NCBI GenBank assembly: GCA_013239625.1
Contig: MU053561.1
Location: 1,118,826 to 1,182,825, forward strand
Source: Lama guanicoe
Taxonomy: Eukaryota
Direction: 5' to 3'
DNA length: 64,000 bases
The translations under genes and the position numbers were made by a program. Position 1 is the first letter of the stretch. Each line of letters opens with the position of its first letter. The notes under the pieces were generated by a model. That model saw only the letters and a program-made list of their open reading frames with translations. It searched no databases and was not told where the DNA came from. This document shows, piece by piece, positions 39,364 through 51,750 of this stretch.

Positions 39364-39909
39364 TGAAGGCAACTCTTTGTCCTGATCCCACACAGACACC
39401 TCATTAGTAAGTATCTGTTGTGCCAGGAAAAAAGTCCCCAAGGGACGAGCAGTCAGAGGAATGTGGATGCAGAATGTCACCTGCCATATCAGTAAACAGT
39501 GGATGTTGTGGCCAACAAGCCATCAGCCACTGCAGCCGCCCTCCATGGTGCACCCTGAGGGGCTTCAGGGTGGAGAGAAACAGGATACTGGCCCTAGATA
39601 GTTAAGATGTATATCAAAGAAATTATTTCAATGAGCCCAGACTTTTGCATCTTCCCATACATAGAAAAGTGCTAAATTCATTAACTTGAGATATTTATTT
39701 TTTTCTTTAATTAAGAGTGACCTTTTAGTGTTCCAACTACACGGTTTTTGTTGCAAAAACACCTATATATCCTGGCCCCTCTCTTACTTCTCCAGAGCAG
39801 TCCCTCAGAGCTATCTCAAAGGCTGCCTCCTGGGCTTAAGTCCTCAGCAAGTCCTCTGAATAAAGCATAATTCTAAACTTTTAGGTTGTGCATCTTTTTT
39901 CAGTCAGTA
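39364..39909 (+). mobile_element. ERV1-class solo LTR
   Basis: Starts tgaagg. TATA-like cctatatat near 39763, AATAAA at 39859-39864, end resembles tttttcagtc(gaca). Confidence 0.8.
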
Positions 39910-40134
39910 GTAACAGAGCATATGTTTCTACCTATTCAGTCTATTTTGTTCAGTGGCTCAGATGTAATTCAGGGCACTGAAGATTCAGGACAAGGTGATA
40001 TTGTTTGCATTAGTCAGTATAAACTATAAACAACTTGCATTTGAGTTAGATAATTATATTAAAACTTTGAACAGTGAAAGAAAAGGAAGAAAGGATGTAA
40101 AATAAAAGACTAGAAGATGAAAGAAAAAAAAGAC

Positions 40135-40382
40135 TATTATGAGACTAGCAGTCAGACAGAACACTGAAGTTGAAATTTTGGCTTTATCTCTGACTTGCTG
40201 TGTGACTGCAGGCAGATTCTGTAACTTCTCTGAGACATAGCTTTCTTTTCTAAAACTTGGCAATGATAACTTCCCGGTAGGCTTGTTGTAAAGACTGAAG
40301 TAGCTAGTTTGTAAAATGTCTAGCACAGTGTCGGGCACCTGAGATCTAGACTCAGAAATGGTAGCCATTTGTTGAATAAGTG
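40135..40382 (+). mobile_element. MIR SINE
   Basis: ttgctgtgtgactgcaggcagattctgtaacttctctgag...gtaaaatgtctagcacagtgtcgggcac. Confidence 0.8.
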
Positions 40383-40539
40383 ATTTGGGGATATGGCTAT
40401 GCGTGTGTCTTCATGGCCATTCGTTTCTCCATTTTAAGAAGAATACAATTTTCAGTAGTTTCGTGAGTAAATTCTCTTGATTTTAGGAAAAGAGAATGCC
40501 TAATTTGTGTGGATGAGACTAAGAAAGGACTTTCATTTT

Positions 40540-40780
40540 ACATAACAGCAATGAATACTTATTTTGCTCTATTTCCTGGGATAGATCTAAGGTCTGAGTA
40601 TTTACATGCATTATCTTATTTAATCCTTCACTGTGACACCAAGAGATACTTACTATTACTAACCCAATTTTACAGCTAAGGAAAACAAAGTTTAGAGAGA
40701 TTATGTTACTTCTCTAGGGTCAGCTAGTAGGTCTGCAAAGGGGATATAAAGATCTCTAACCTCAAAGCCTAATCTCTAAT
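40540..40780 (-). mobile_element. MIR SINE
   Basis: tttacatgcattatcttatttaatccttcac...cccaattttacagctaaggaaaac. Confidence 0.8.
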
Positions 40781-40839
40781 TAAAAAACTCTTCTTAAAAA
40801 AATCCTTTCGTTACGCTTTCTAGGCTTAGAATTAAGACT

Positions 40840-41070
40840 CTTTCATTTACACATTGTGTAACAGTTTACAGAGCAATGTCATTTAAGTCTCACTTGGTCC
40901 TTTCAGCAGCCGTTTTAGAGTTGGCCAATTTTTTGAGATTAATCTTTCAGGAAAGTAAGACCTAGAGGAGCCTGAGACCAGTTCAAGGGATTAGCACAGC
41001 TGGGAAGAGGCAGACCTGAATTCAGACTCAGAACATCTGAAACCAATGCTGGACATCTTTTTACTACCCT
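40840..41070 (-). mobile_element. MIR (old subfamily) fragment
   Basis: catttacacattgtgtaacagtttacagagc...cacagctgggaagaggcagacctgaattcagactcag. Confidence 0.6.
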
Positions 41071-41969
41071 ACAGTTCTTGGGCTTTAGAAAATACACCTA
41101 ACTTGGAATTGACTTTGAACCTCCTTGGAATTGATTTTGAACCTGAAGCACAATCTTCAATTAACATTAATGGAACAAAACATTCTTCTCTGGGAAGCAC
41201 GGTTATTCTGTGTAATGCCGGTAAACCCAGCGCTGGTCAAAAGGAACAATCTTGTAGTAAAATTGGAGGTACGACTCTTAAGTCAAGAGGTTGGTTTTGC
41301 ATATTTGCATGTGTGTATGACTTGTAAAAAGAATTTTACAAAATGCCTTGGAAAGCAGCATTTGGGAGTTGATGGAGGCTGCTGGCTGGGGAGTGACTGT
41401 GTACCAAGTGGATCATACCTTTCCAGGAGTGACCTTACATATTTCTCGAGTAATCTATCCTATGGCTGGACAGACACAGTATGCCTTTGCTTGAAAGCTA
41501 CCTGGGTATGAAAGGAAAGTTAAAAAGAGCAATAGAACGCAGAAGACAGACTTGGCCCTTTAAGAGGGAGATGGGAAGGGGAGACCAGCAAAGGCGAGAG
41601 CACACAAGCGTTGACGTTCCACTTGGATTCTCTGGGGCGGCACTTTTGCTTATTTTCTCCCACGGTCACACTGTGGATTCTGATCACTGGTCACTGAAGT
41701 ACTAAGCTTTGCTTCCTGTGTGCTGTCTTAGATTTGGGATTACAGCAGGCAGGTGTGGAGAGATTCCAGCTCTGGGAAGCAGCCCTCTTCCCAGCTCCTA
41801 ATCACTGTGGACAATTGCCAGGAACGCTTCCTCCCTGCCCTCCTGGCACCTGCGGGAGAAGCCGCTTCCTGAAACCCATTTATGCTGGACCACATGCTGG
41901 TAAAGAGCCTACAGGAATTCTTTGTGAAAACGTGCAGTTGTCACAGCTTTTGTTTAAGCTTATTGCTTA

Positions 41970-42897
41970 AACGTTTTCATTGTGAGTAAGTTATAATATA
42001 AAAGTCTATAATACGTATGTACCATTGAAAGAATAGTGAGAAAGCAAACATCTTGCATTCACCACTCAATTTAAAAACTAGAACATTATTAATGACTTAA
42101 AGCCCTCCTCTATACCTTTCTCTGGTCGCAATCCAGAAATAGTCACTATCCTGAGTTCTGTGTTAATATTTTCTTGCTTTTTTACATAATTTCATTTCTT
42201 ATATATGGACCTCTAAGAGGCAGTTCTACAGTTTTGCCTGTTTTCAAATTTTCCGAGAACGGTATCATACTGTGGGTATTCTTTGTGACTTCTTTTCTCA
42301 CTCTAAAACTTTTACTTTTGAGATTCATCCATGTTAATGCTGTGGGCAATTTATTTCCACTATTATTATTGCTCCATTTTGTGATGGTGCCACAGATTTT
42401 TCTTCTTTTTGTCATTATGTACAGTGTTGTTTTGGACATGTATCTCAGCATGCATGTATACAAGAATTTCTCTCTAGGGTGAGTTCATCTGTGGGAGCCA
42501 AATTTCTAGTCACAAAGTACAGGCATGTTTAGATTCAGTAGGTAATGTCAAACTTTTTAGAAGTGGTTGCACGAAACTTATGTTCTCTGTACTAATGAAT
42601 GAGAATTGCTTTATATCCTAGCCACCTCTTGGTGATTTGAATTATTCAAATTTTTGTTTATTGAGTGTAAAATTAGATATCACTGTGGTGTTTTAATTTG
42701 TATCTTTTTCTGATGATATATGAGGTTGAGTATCTTTTCATACGTTTGAGGGCCATTTGTGTTTTTCTATTCTGTGAAATTCTGGTTCATGTTCTTTTCC
42801 CAATCTTTTAAAGAGTCAGTATCTTTTTTTAGTTTTTCAAATAATCGGGATACTAATATTTCATCCACTTTATGTGCTGCAAGTATTGTTTTCTAGC
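41970..42897 (-). mobile_element. L1ME-type LINE-1 3' region
   Basis: cactatcctgagttctgtg; tttgagattcatccatgtt; tgaggttgagtatcttttcatacgttt. Confidence 0.85.
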
Positions 42898-43084
42898 AAA
42901 AAGATACTACATTCCAGCTGTATTTATCCAATAACACTTGAGCCAGTGATGACTCTGTTTCTAAGTGTGCTGTGATCGAAACACTTTGTTTTTTCTGCTC
43001 TTCACCTGATTTACACTGCCATGCTGCTCACTAGGAACCTTTGAATTCTCTTTTTTGTTACACTGTTTTTAATGCTTCAGAAGT

Positions 43085-43300
43085 GCGGTGGGATATCAAA
43101 AGAGCATTGACCTTGGTGCGAGATTCGAATAGGTTTGGATTCAGAGTCTACCATTAATTACTTTGTTATTGAATCTTGGGCAAGTTCTTATTTTAAACCT
43201 TATGTGCCACTAAATCTCTCTCAGAGGGATGTTTCTCCCTGATGCTATATTTGTAGTTGGTGAAATTGTTTGACACATCAGAGGTGCTCAAACAATGAGT
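43085..43300 (+). mobile_element. MIR SINE (diverged)
   Basis: aaaagagcattgacctt...aatcttgggcaagtt. Confidence 0.5.
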
Positions 43301-43692
43301 GTTTAGCTTTGCCTCAAATTCATTGGTATAGGCAGTTGTGATGCCTACAACTAATAAAAGAGGCCTTAACTACTCAGTGCATTTGAAAAAGAAAATAGCA
43401 AACTCTATGACATTTTTGTATTATGGAATTACAGACTCATTTTGTTTGGAGTTAAAATAATTAATGAGATAACACAAGGAATCCAAAATGAATAGGGCAC
43501 AGTCTCCTCCATTAAGGTGTGCATATTTTTAGCATGATATTTGGAGAGGTAGAAGTTAAACTTGTTCTAAAGAGGTTTAAACCTCTTACCCTCTTCTGTG
43601 TAATTGGACACAGAAAACTGCCTTGAAACCAGTGCTCTAGACTGAGGAAGTCACTGAAATTGTTCCTCTTAGTTACAAAAATTTATCACTAA

Positions 43693-44320
43693 TGTTGATG
43701 GAAATAATCAATAAACAGTCTTTAATAGGAATAGAAAAGAGTTTTATTTGAGCCAAACTGAGAACTATGGCCTTGGAGAGACAGATTCAAGAAGCATTTG
43801 AACTGTGTTCCACAGATGACAAAATGGGGGATGCCTATAAAGGCAGAAACCTCAAAATTACCAAGCTGTTTATCAAGAATTAGGATTGAACCTGGCAAGA
43901 ATTAGGGTGCCTGTTAAACAAGGATTTGGTTGGGGTCCAAAATGGTTGTGCAGTTACAAAGGGAGACCTTGAGGCCATAGGTTGCAGCTCGCAGCTGCCA
44001 GCAGATTATTGTTTTCAGAATGGTGAGTGGTTTCCTTGAGTCTGATACAGTTCAGAAAAGTCAAGTTCTCGGTAATAACAGGAATGTGTCTGAAACCACA
44101 GCCACAGTAGCCAACTAGCTCCATTTTTGGATGCCTGAACCACAGTTACTCCATTTTGATTTTTAAATGCATTCTTTTCTTTAATAGTTAAAGCAAATGC
44201 ATAATGAATGTTTAATAGACCACAAAACAGGCTGTTCTAGTTAGCACGAAGTTTAAGTCAAATCGTGGATAAGCCGGAATGACTTCCCCATCCCTCAATA
44301 TGTGGACATTTCTTCCATTA
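43693..44320 (-). mobile_element. ERV1-class solo LTR
   Basis: Begins tgttgatgg. Minus-strand AATAAA at 43743-43748. Imperfect 4-bp TSD ctaa/ctta. Confidence 0.8.
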
Positions 44321-44419
44321 CTTATATGCACCTGTTACTTGGTTTTTTTTTCCTATATTATTTCTTACATAGCAAATGAGTTTTGGGTGGCTTTGAGAGT
44401 CATCCTCCACTCTTCATTG

Positions 44420-45182
44420 TCATGATTCTTTTATATCCAAACTGACCGAATCCTCTCAGTTCTCCTTCCTTCACCACTTCTCAACTTGATCACTGCACTG
44501 TCTGCCTACTGCCACTGCTTTAGATAGCCTTTCTCATCTCTCACTGGAAAATGGGAATAGAATCTTAACAGGTCTCCCTTCCTCCATCATTATCCCCTCT
44601 CTAGTTCATCCTTTATTCTGCTGCCAGAGAATGGCATATGTTTTAAAATCTTTATCTCATTGTATCTCTTCCTTGTTTAAAGCTTTTTAATGTCTCCCGT
44701 GGCTCCCCGAAAAATGTCTTGTGTCCTTAGTATGGCACAGAAGATAAGCCCTGCCCTTGTCTCTTGTTCATTGATCACTTTCCACACCAAACTCATCTAC
44801 TGACAGTCTCTGAGGCTGCCATAAGGTTCCACGTCCTGTTCTTGGGCTCATGCTGTCCTCACCACCCTGCATACCATTGACTACCTTGCTTACCTAGCAG
44901 ATGCTTACTTATTCAACACTTAGCTCAAATTTCAAATCTTCTTGGACACTACTGAACCCCCCAGGTCATGTTGACAATTCCTCTGCGGTTTACTTCACGA
45001 GGTAAATATTTCTGTTCAAATCACTCTTACTTGATTATCTGTTGTCTCTTCTCACTAGGCTGTGGGCTTAAGGGCAGGAGCTTTACCTCATTCATTCATG
45101 TACCCCTTGCACTTAGTGTGATATTTGGAACACAGGAAATGCTCAACATATATATGCTAGTGGAATAGATGGATATGATGAA
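44420..45182 (+). mobile_element. LINE-2 3' region
   Basis: aatagaatcttaacaggtctccct; ttctgctgccagaga; tggaacacaggaaatgctcaacatatat...gatggatatgatgaa. Confidence 0.85.
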
Positions 45183-45189
45183 CGTAGGT

Positions 45190-45600
45190 TATAAGGGGAA
45201 AGTGGTTTTTGAGCTGATTTTGTAAGAATACATAGTATTTCAAGAGGTGGGAATGGCTTGGAGGGATTTCAAATGGAGTGTGGAAATCTTTGGAGGCAGT
45301 GCAATTCAGGGATGATGTGAGTTATGTCATAAAACCACAAAGATGAGACCTGTGGATTCAGGTTAGGTGCTAGAAGGCCACAAAAGACAAGTTTTTTTAA
45401 GTTTGAACTTTATTTATGGAGGAAAAGTCCTTTACAAAAGATTTTGAGCTGAAAAAAGATATGATCCAAATGTTACACCTTAAAGAGGCTTATCTGGAGC
45501 TCTATATAAATTGAATTAGGCAAGTAAGAGACAGGAAGCAGGGAGATAAGTAATGGGGCCATTGCAAGAGCCCAAGCAAAAGGTAATGGAGACCAAACTT
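45190..45600 (-). mobile_element. LINE-2 fragment (old subfamily)
   Basis: gtttgaactttatt; gattttgagctgaaaaaagatatgatc; ggccattgcaagagcccaagcaaaaggtaatg. Confidence 0.6.
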
Positions 45601-45697
45601 TATATCTTTGTGTCTGTCAAAGGGCTTAGAGGAGTTTCTCACTCATGGTGTCAATAAAATGTTTTGACCAAACAAAAGAATGATAAATGAATCAAAG

Positions 45698-46025
45698 CGA
45701 CATAACCGAGTTGGCGCGTAGACACGAGGCAGCACAGTAACGGCCTGTTGCTCTCACTCACTTTGCTAAGGAGAGAGACTGGCCCTCGATTGGCTCCGTG
45801 GGACTAACCAGGGTTTGCTCTGGGACAGCTAGATGATAAAAGCCTGTCTTCCTTGTTGCTAAGCAGAATTCCATGAAAATATAACGTCAGCATCTCCTGT
45901 TTCCAACTGGTTAGCTCCGCGACAGCTACGCACGGGGCCGGGCTGGAAGCGTGCACCAAGTTTGTTTCGTGACTAGTCAGCTGAGAGCCAGTCACAGCTG
46001 GCGTGGACTGAGCCCTCGACGTGGC
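45698..46025. promoter_or_regulatory. Candidate cis-regulatory element (short CpG-retaining unique block)
   Basis: 19 CpGs counted in about 325 bp. RFX X-box-like gttgctaagcaga at 45855-45867, inverted CCAAT (attgg), CRE half-site cgtca. Confidence 0.4.
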
Positions 46026-46029
46026 AGGC

Positions 46030-46200
46030 CCAGTTTTATGTATTTTCAGTTAATCCTCACTACAATACTATAAGGAATACATGATTACTTTCCTCCTTTA
46101 ATAAATGAGGAAACCCAGGCACATTGAGGTTCGGTATTTTTGCTAGGGTCACAGAGTTGAGGTTTGAATTAGGGAGTCTAGCTTGAGTCTCATTGTTAAC
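46030..46200 (-). mobile_element. MIR SINE
   Basis: ttaatcctcactacaatac...aaatgaggaaacccaggcac...ctagggtcacagag. Confidence 0.75.
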
Positions 46201-46499
46201 TTTAATGCAAAAAGTGATGGTTAAAACGTGAATGAGGCCATGGTAGCTTGGTAGTAAGAAGCTTTTGAATAGTCACCATCTCCTTTTTCTCTTATTCTCC
46301 AGCCCAGCCAGTCACCGTACGATTTCTTGTGTGTCTTGCTCTTCTGCACCTCTGGGTGTTCATACGTTTTGTTTTGATGGATTATGAGGACCCTGCTGTT
46401 TCCTTCTGGTGTTTTGTGCTGGAGTTCTCCGAGAAGCCTCTCCAGACTAGCTGCTCACCATTCGGATGCTTTGCTTGCTCCTTCCTGGGGGCTTACAGG

Positions 46500-46735
46500 G
46501 AGTAGGGTCGTAAAGGTAGTCAGGTAACTTTCGGCTTTAGTGCCAGGCGGAGCTGGGTTTAGATCTTATTTGCCATTTGCTAATTTGCAATGATAAGCAA
46601 AAGATTTAACCTTTAAACGTGAGTCTCATAATTTGTATAGTGGAAATAATGTTGAGCTTGTAGTTTTCTGTGAATTTAAGTGAAGTGATATATGTTTAGT
46701 GCCCAGCACAAAGTCAGAGCTCCCTCATGACTCAT
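46500..46735 (+). mobile_element. MIR SINE
   Basis: ctgggtttagatcttatttgccatttgctaat...tttagtgcccagcacaaagt. Confidence 0.65.
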
Positions 46736-46860
46736 ACACTCACTTCATTGATTAAAAATATATTTCTTGTGGACCTACTGTGAAACGACAGTGCTAAAAT
46801 AGGGATAATACTGGACACAGGAGCAGTCTGTCTTCACAGGATGGGCCACCTCTTCCCTAG
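46736..46860 (-). mobile_element. LINE-2 3' end fragment
   Basis: cactcacttcattgatt...atatttcttgtggacctactgtg...cagtgctaaaataggg. Confidence 0.5.
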
Positions 46861-47399
46861 ATACTGTTTGGGTAAATTTGAAAAGAATTTTCTTCTTGAA
46901 CCTCCTTTCTCTCTTGATTCCATGAAGGGGAAAAAACCCAGGTAGTTTTTTGAACAGAGTTTTTTTTTTTTTTTCTTGAAGACCAAATAAAATACTAAAT
47001 GCAAAAAAAAAAAAAAAAAAGGCAGTCCCTTCTCCCATTCTTCTGTCTTATCACTGTCTAATCTTCAGTCTCTAATCACTTTCAATTCTTTTAGTTATTT
47101 TCACTGGTATTTACCTCCACATTTGAAAATAATATACTTACACTGCTATTTTGTAGTTTATTAATATTACCCGTTGCCTATTAACTCCCTAAATTGGATT
47201 GAGGTCTCTCACACACACATCTACTTCCTTTCCTTTGAAGCATCCTTCCATAATAGTGATGCTGCAACTTTTGGATAAATCAGCATTTGGAATTGTTCTG
47301 TCATGACAATGTAAGTATTATTTACAGAGCTGAGTAGCATACTGAATTATATTTTCTTTTTACATAACTGTTTGCTTTCCTTGAGTTCATGAGTGCTTT

Positions 47400-48610
47400 T
47401 AAAAAAAATAAACTGAATTTTGGAATAATTTTAGATTTCCAGAAAAGTTGCAAAGTCAGTAAAGAGTATTTCTATACCTTTCACCTAGTTTCCACTGACA
47501 TCATCTTATGTTATGATGGTACAACGTCAGAACTAAGAAACCAACACTGGTAACATCGCTATTAAGTAAACGTCAAATTAGGATTTCACTCGTTTTTTTC
47601 ACTAGTGCCTTTTTTCAGTTCCAGAATTCCATCCAGGGTGCCATATTGCATTTAGTTGTCATATCTCTTTAGTTGCCTGTGGTCTGTTACAGTTTCTCAT
47701 TCTTTCCTTGCCTTTTCATGATCTTGACAGTTTTGAGGAGTCCTGGTCAAGTGTTTTGTAAAAATGCCCCTCAGTATGGTTTGCTTTGGTGCTTTTAATG
47801 ATTAGATCGGAGTTATGTGTTTTGGGGAAGAACAGACACAGCGATGAAGTACCCTTTTCATCATCATATCATGCTGTCCACATGAATTATCACTGGTGGC
47901 GCTAACCTCGACCACCTGGCCAAGGGAGTGTTTACCAGTATTCCAGTGTAAAGTCATTGTCCTCATTGTCTATATTCTACTTTTGGGAAGCAAACCACAG
48001 AGTCTGGATCATGCTCATGGAGGGGTATAACCAAGTTTCACTTCTTTGAAGGGAGGGAGATAGCTACATAAGTTATTTGTGTTTCTTCTGTAAAGAAAAT
48101 TTGTCTCTTCTCTCTCATTTATTTATTTATTCAATCATTTGTTTATATCAGCATGAATTCATGGATTTTTCCTTTATACTTTGGGTTATAATCCTCTATT
48201 AGGTTATTTATTTTATTGCTCACATTGTTCCAGCGTTAATCATTGGGAATTCTTCCAGGTTGACTCCTGCATCCCTTTGACATGCTTCCATCTTTATGTT
48301 CTTTGAGTACTTCCATACTTCTGGCAATGCAGGATACTCCAGGGGGCAGGACATAGCTCAGTGGTAGAGTACATGCTTAGCATGCATGAGGTCCTGAGTT
48401 CAATCCCCAGTGCCGCCATTAAAAATATAAATAAGTAAAATAAAATAAAACCTAGTAACTACCCCTCCCAACAAAGAAAAAAAATACTCCAGTCTTATTT
48501 TGTGTTTATCCTCTTGGCTCTAGAACCAGCTATTTCTCCAGTGGAGTTGGTTCCTTTTATTGGGGGATGGTATTTAGAAATCATGGTGTAAATGTGGGTT
48601 GTTTTAGTTT
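47400..48610 (-). mobile_element. L1MC4/5-type 3' region
   Basis: ttggaataattttagatttccagaaaagttgcaaa; atattgcatttagttgtcatatctcttta; ctagaaccagctatttctcca. Confidence 0.85.
48343..48483 (+). mobile_element. tRNA-derived SINE, camelid Vic-1 type, with 9-bp TSD
   Basis: ggggcaggacatagctcagtggtagagtacatgcttagcatgcatgaggtcctgagttcaatccccagt plus A-rich tail. TSD atactccag at 48334-48342 and 48484-48492. Confidence 0.92.
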
Positions 48611-49881
48611 TCATATGTGTCTGCCACTAATTTTCCCCAAAAGTTTCAATAGATCTTCCAACTGCCTTTTAATTTTATTTACAAAATCTCAGTCAGATAA
48701 GCTGTCAATTCCATTTCCTCTGTCTCCCCGGAGTCATCCATCCTCTTGATCCCACTTACCTTTAATTCTGGGCCTGCTTCACTGCTGACTTTCTGGAATT
48801 TCCTCCTCTGTCAAAATACGACTTTTCTTTGTTGTTAAATTACAGTAGAACGCCTATCTCCTGGATCCCAAATCTCATTCCATGTTGGTTTTACTGGAGC
48901 ATACTTACATTTGCTGGATAAAATCCTTGATAGATATATCTAAAATGGTGCAAAAGAAATAAAAAAATGTTGACCCACGGTTCTGAAAATGTGTTTATTT
49001 TATTCCTATATTAGATGGATAAATGGTGGTGCGTCTGAATGTTTAAGGCGTGATTCCATTATTTCATTTTCCTCTATCTCTGACAGTTGCTATTGGGTTA
49101 TCTAAAGTCATTCTGATTTCTAAATATATGTCATGTGGGTTTTTTTTTTCTCCAGAGTGCTTCTGAATTTTCCTGATAATGTGCTTTCTTTACTAACAGT
49201 ATTTTTTCATCCATAATAAATCACAGAATGGGATGTTCTAATCTGGAAGCCCATGTCTCTCGCCTCTAGGAAGCTACAATTTTTGTTTGATTATTTTATT
49301 CCTCTCCTTTTCTGTCTTCTGCTTTTTGGAGCCGCTGTTAGTTGAATGTTTTTCCTGAATTGTTTATTTTTCTGTTATCATCTATTGTCTTTTGTTTTGA
49401 CTTATAATTTCTCCTATTTTTGGAGATATTTTCTTGACCTTATTTTTTAATTATTTTATTAACTCTCTTAATTTTTTTTCAAGAATTCTTTCTATCTCTC
49501 TCTCTTTCTCCCTTTTCATGGCATCCTGATTTTGTTTTACAAATGTATTATCTTTTCTCTCTGACATTATTGGTGGTAATATATCATTTTCCCATCACCT
49601 TAGACAATTAGATTGTTTCTACACGGAATGCCAAGTTGAAAATCACTTTCTTTAAAAAATTTTAAGGCACTGTTCCCATCCTTTTCTAGCTTCAGTGGTT
49701 ACTGTTGAGAAATCTGACATCATTCTGACTTCCAATTCTTTGTACATTGGATTTTCCCTCTCTACTAGACTCTTTTCTTTATCTCTGATATTCTTAAATT
49801 TCATAATTATATGCGCTTTTCATTCATAGTACAAGACACATGTTGGTGTCTTTATCTGAATGCATATTTTATCAGTGGATG

Positions 49882-50150
49882 TTAATAATAATAATTCCTA
49901 ACATTTATTAAAGTGTTACTTTTATGAGCCAGACACTACATTGAGTGTATCTTTTCACTGATGCACATCCCAAACCATCCTGTGAAATAGATAGTATTAT
50001 TATCATTCTAAAGAAGAGTAAACTGAGGCACAAAAAGTAAGATGCCAGAGGTAAATTAAGGGAGGAAGACAAAAACTTTCTGATTGTAATGATGTAGTAC
50101 TTGTAGCCACTACCAGGTTTACAGTAGAGTCTCCTAGGCTTAGAAGCTAC
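49882..50150 (-). mobile_element. MIR SINE
   Basis: taacatttattaaagtgttacttttatgagccagacact...gagtaaactgaggcaca. Confidence 0.8.
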
Positions 50151-51477
50151 CATCTCATCAAGGTGACTTTTCATATCTTGATTATGGCATGTGCATTTTA
50201 CAGTTATTTCTCAGATATTGATCTTAATGCCAATATATTGGCAGGGGGTAGGTATGGGGGGGACCACCTAACAGGAGAATTCAAATCTGATGCAGATAGC
50301 AATTTAAAAAACCCCCACTGTATCTTTTAGGCAAATAATTAAAATAATGATTTTGGTGAATAAAAAAGATTACGTTCAAAGACCTAAATCTCCCTGCTCC
50401 CAGGAAGCCTGCTGGTACCAAGAACAGTAGCTGTGGGGATGAGGGAAGTACGGGAAGATTCACCCTTGCTTCTTATGTGAGCCCTCTACCAAAAGTACCA
50501 TAATGTGGCTGCTCAGAACACTTTGTGCCAGCAACACAGCAGCCAATGGGAGAGTGATTCAGATATTTATGGAGACTTTTTTTTAGGGGTGCTGATATAT
50601 GTGAGTCAATTAATCTTTGGGGAGATAGCCTTCTTAGGTGTTAAGGTTCCTACTGAGAGGAGAGCCAGGAAGAAGATTGGAAAGCAAACCAGTTTGGTCA
50701 AGTATGACATCTTTTTTTACTGAATTATCATCCATCTGGAGTGACTGGCCTTCCTGAGTAAAGCTTTTTGAACACAAGTCAAAATTACTAGGGAGTTAAT
50801 GGTATTTTAGAATAACCTTCTGAATTATCCAAAATAAGCATTGACACGCAGATACTTAATTCTGAATAATTAATGTCTGTCTGTCTAACCCGGTGGCTTA
50901 ATGAGCCGGGGTGTAGTAGGGGCACACTGAGTCACTGGAGAACCCCAGAAGGCTGGCTGTGAAAAGAGCCCCTCAGCTTGCCAGGGCTTTGGGTAATAGC
51001 TGGAACATTTTTATAGACACATGGTTATTGAGTTCCAGCCTAAAGGCTTATTGGCTCTAGCAAGGTTTCATGTACCCTATTATACTGCAGATACAAATGC
51101 ATCTCTAGATTAATTGTGACAGTCAACTCCTACATCCTTTATGGGCAAAAATTTTGAAAGCATAATTCTCTGTAGTAAATCAGCTTTGAGCTGAGAGATA
51201 GATTTGGCCTAAAAACTGAAATCATCAAGTAGATAATCTTTGATGCCTCCCTTTGTGGATCTTTTCTCTCCCTTTTAAATCATCCTTTGGCATACTCCCC
51301 AGCCCCCAATACTTTCATCCCGATCTTGGTGCCTGTCAAGAGGAATGCTTTGATAGTTTACTGATCATAATTACTGAGTTAGTATTACACCATGGTATTC
51401 TACCCAAGAGGATCTGCATCTAAGAAGCTTTCTAGGAAAGGAATCCAAAGGAATGATGTATGGCAGAATCTTAGGCA

Positions 51478-51750
51478 CTATATTCATTCATGGAGCATTA
51501 ATTGATACTCTGCTATGTATCAGATACTGGGGAACCAAAGGTGTGTCTCTAACCCTTGAGACTTTCACTATCCAACAGGGGAGACAGAAACATGAAAAAA
51601 CTAATTGTATAAGGATCAGTTTTAATCATAGAATCAAGATGAGGGGTTGATATATTACATCTGGAGCAGGAGGCTGAAATGAGCAAAGGAAATTGTGAGT
51701 GGCTTCATGAAGAAAGTGACATTTGAATTAAACAGTCTATGGTGATAAAT
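51478..51750 (-). mobile_element. LINE-2 3' fragment
   Basis: attcattcatggagcattaattgatactctgctatgtatcagatactggg...ggcttcatgaagaaagtgacatttgaa. Confidence 0.65.

Larger units (their letters stand above)
47020..49870 (-). mobile_element. Old HAL1/L1ME-like element, interrupted by an L1MC at about 47400-48610
   Basis: caattcttttagttattttcactggtatttacctccac; ctgaaaatgtgtttattttattc; gttgagaaatctgacatcattctga. Confidence 0.6.

Noticed and set aside
48343..48415. tRNA genes (also 10217-10288)
   Set aside because: They carry A-rich tails, a TSD in one case, and imperfect stems, so they are SINE heads.
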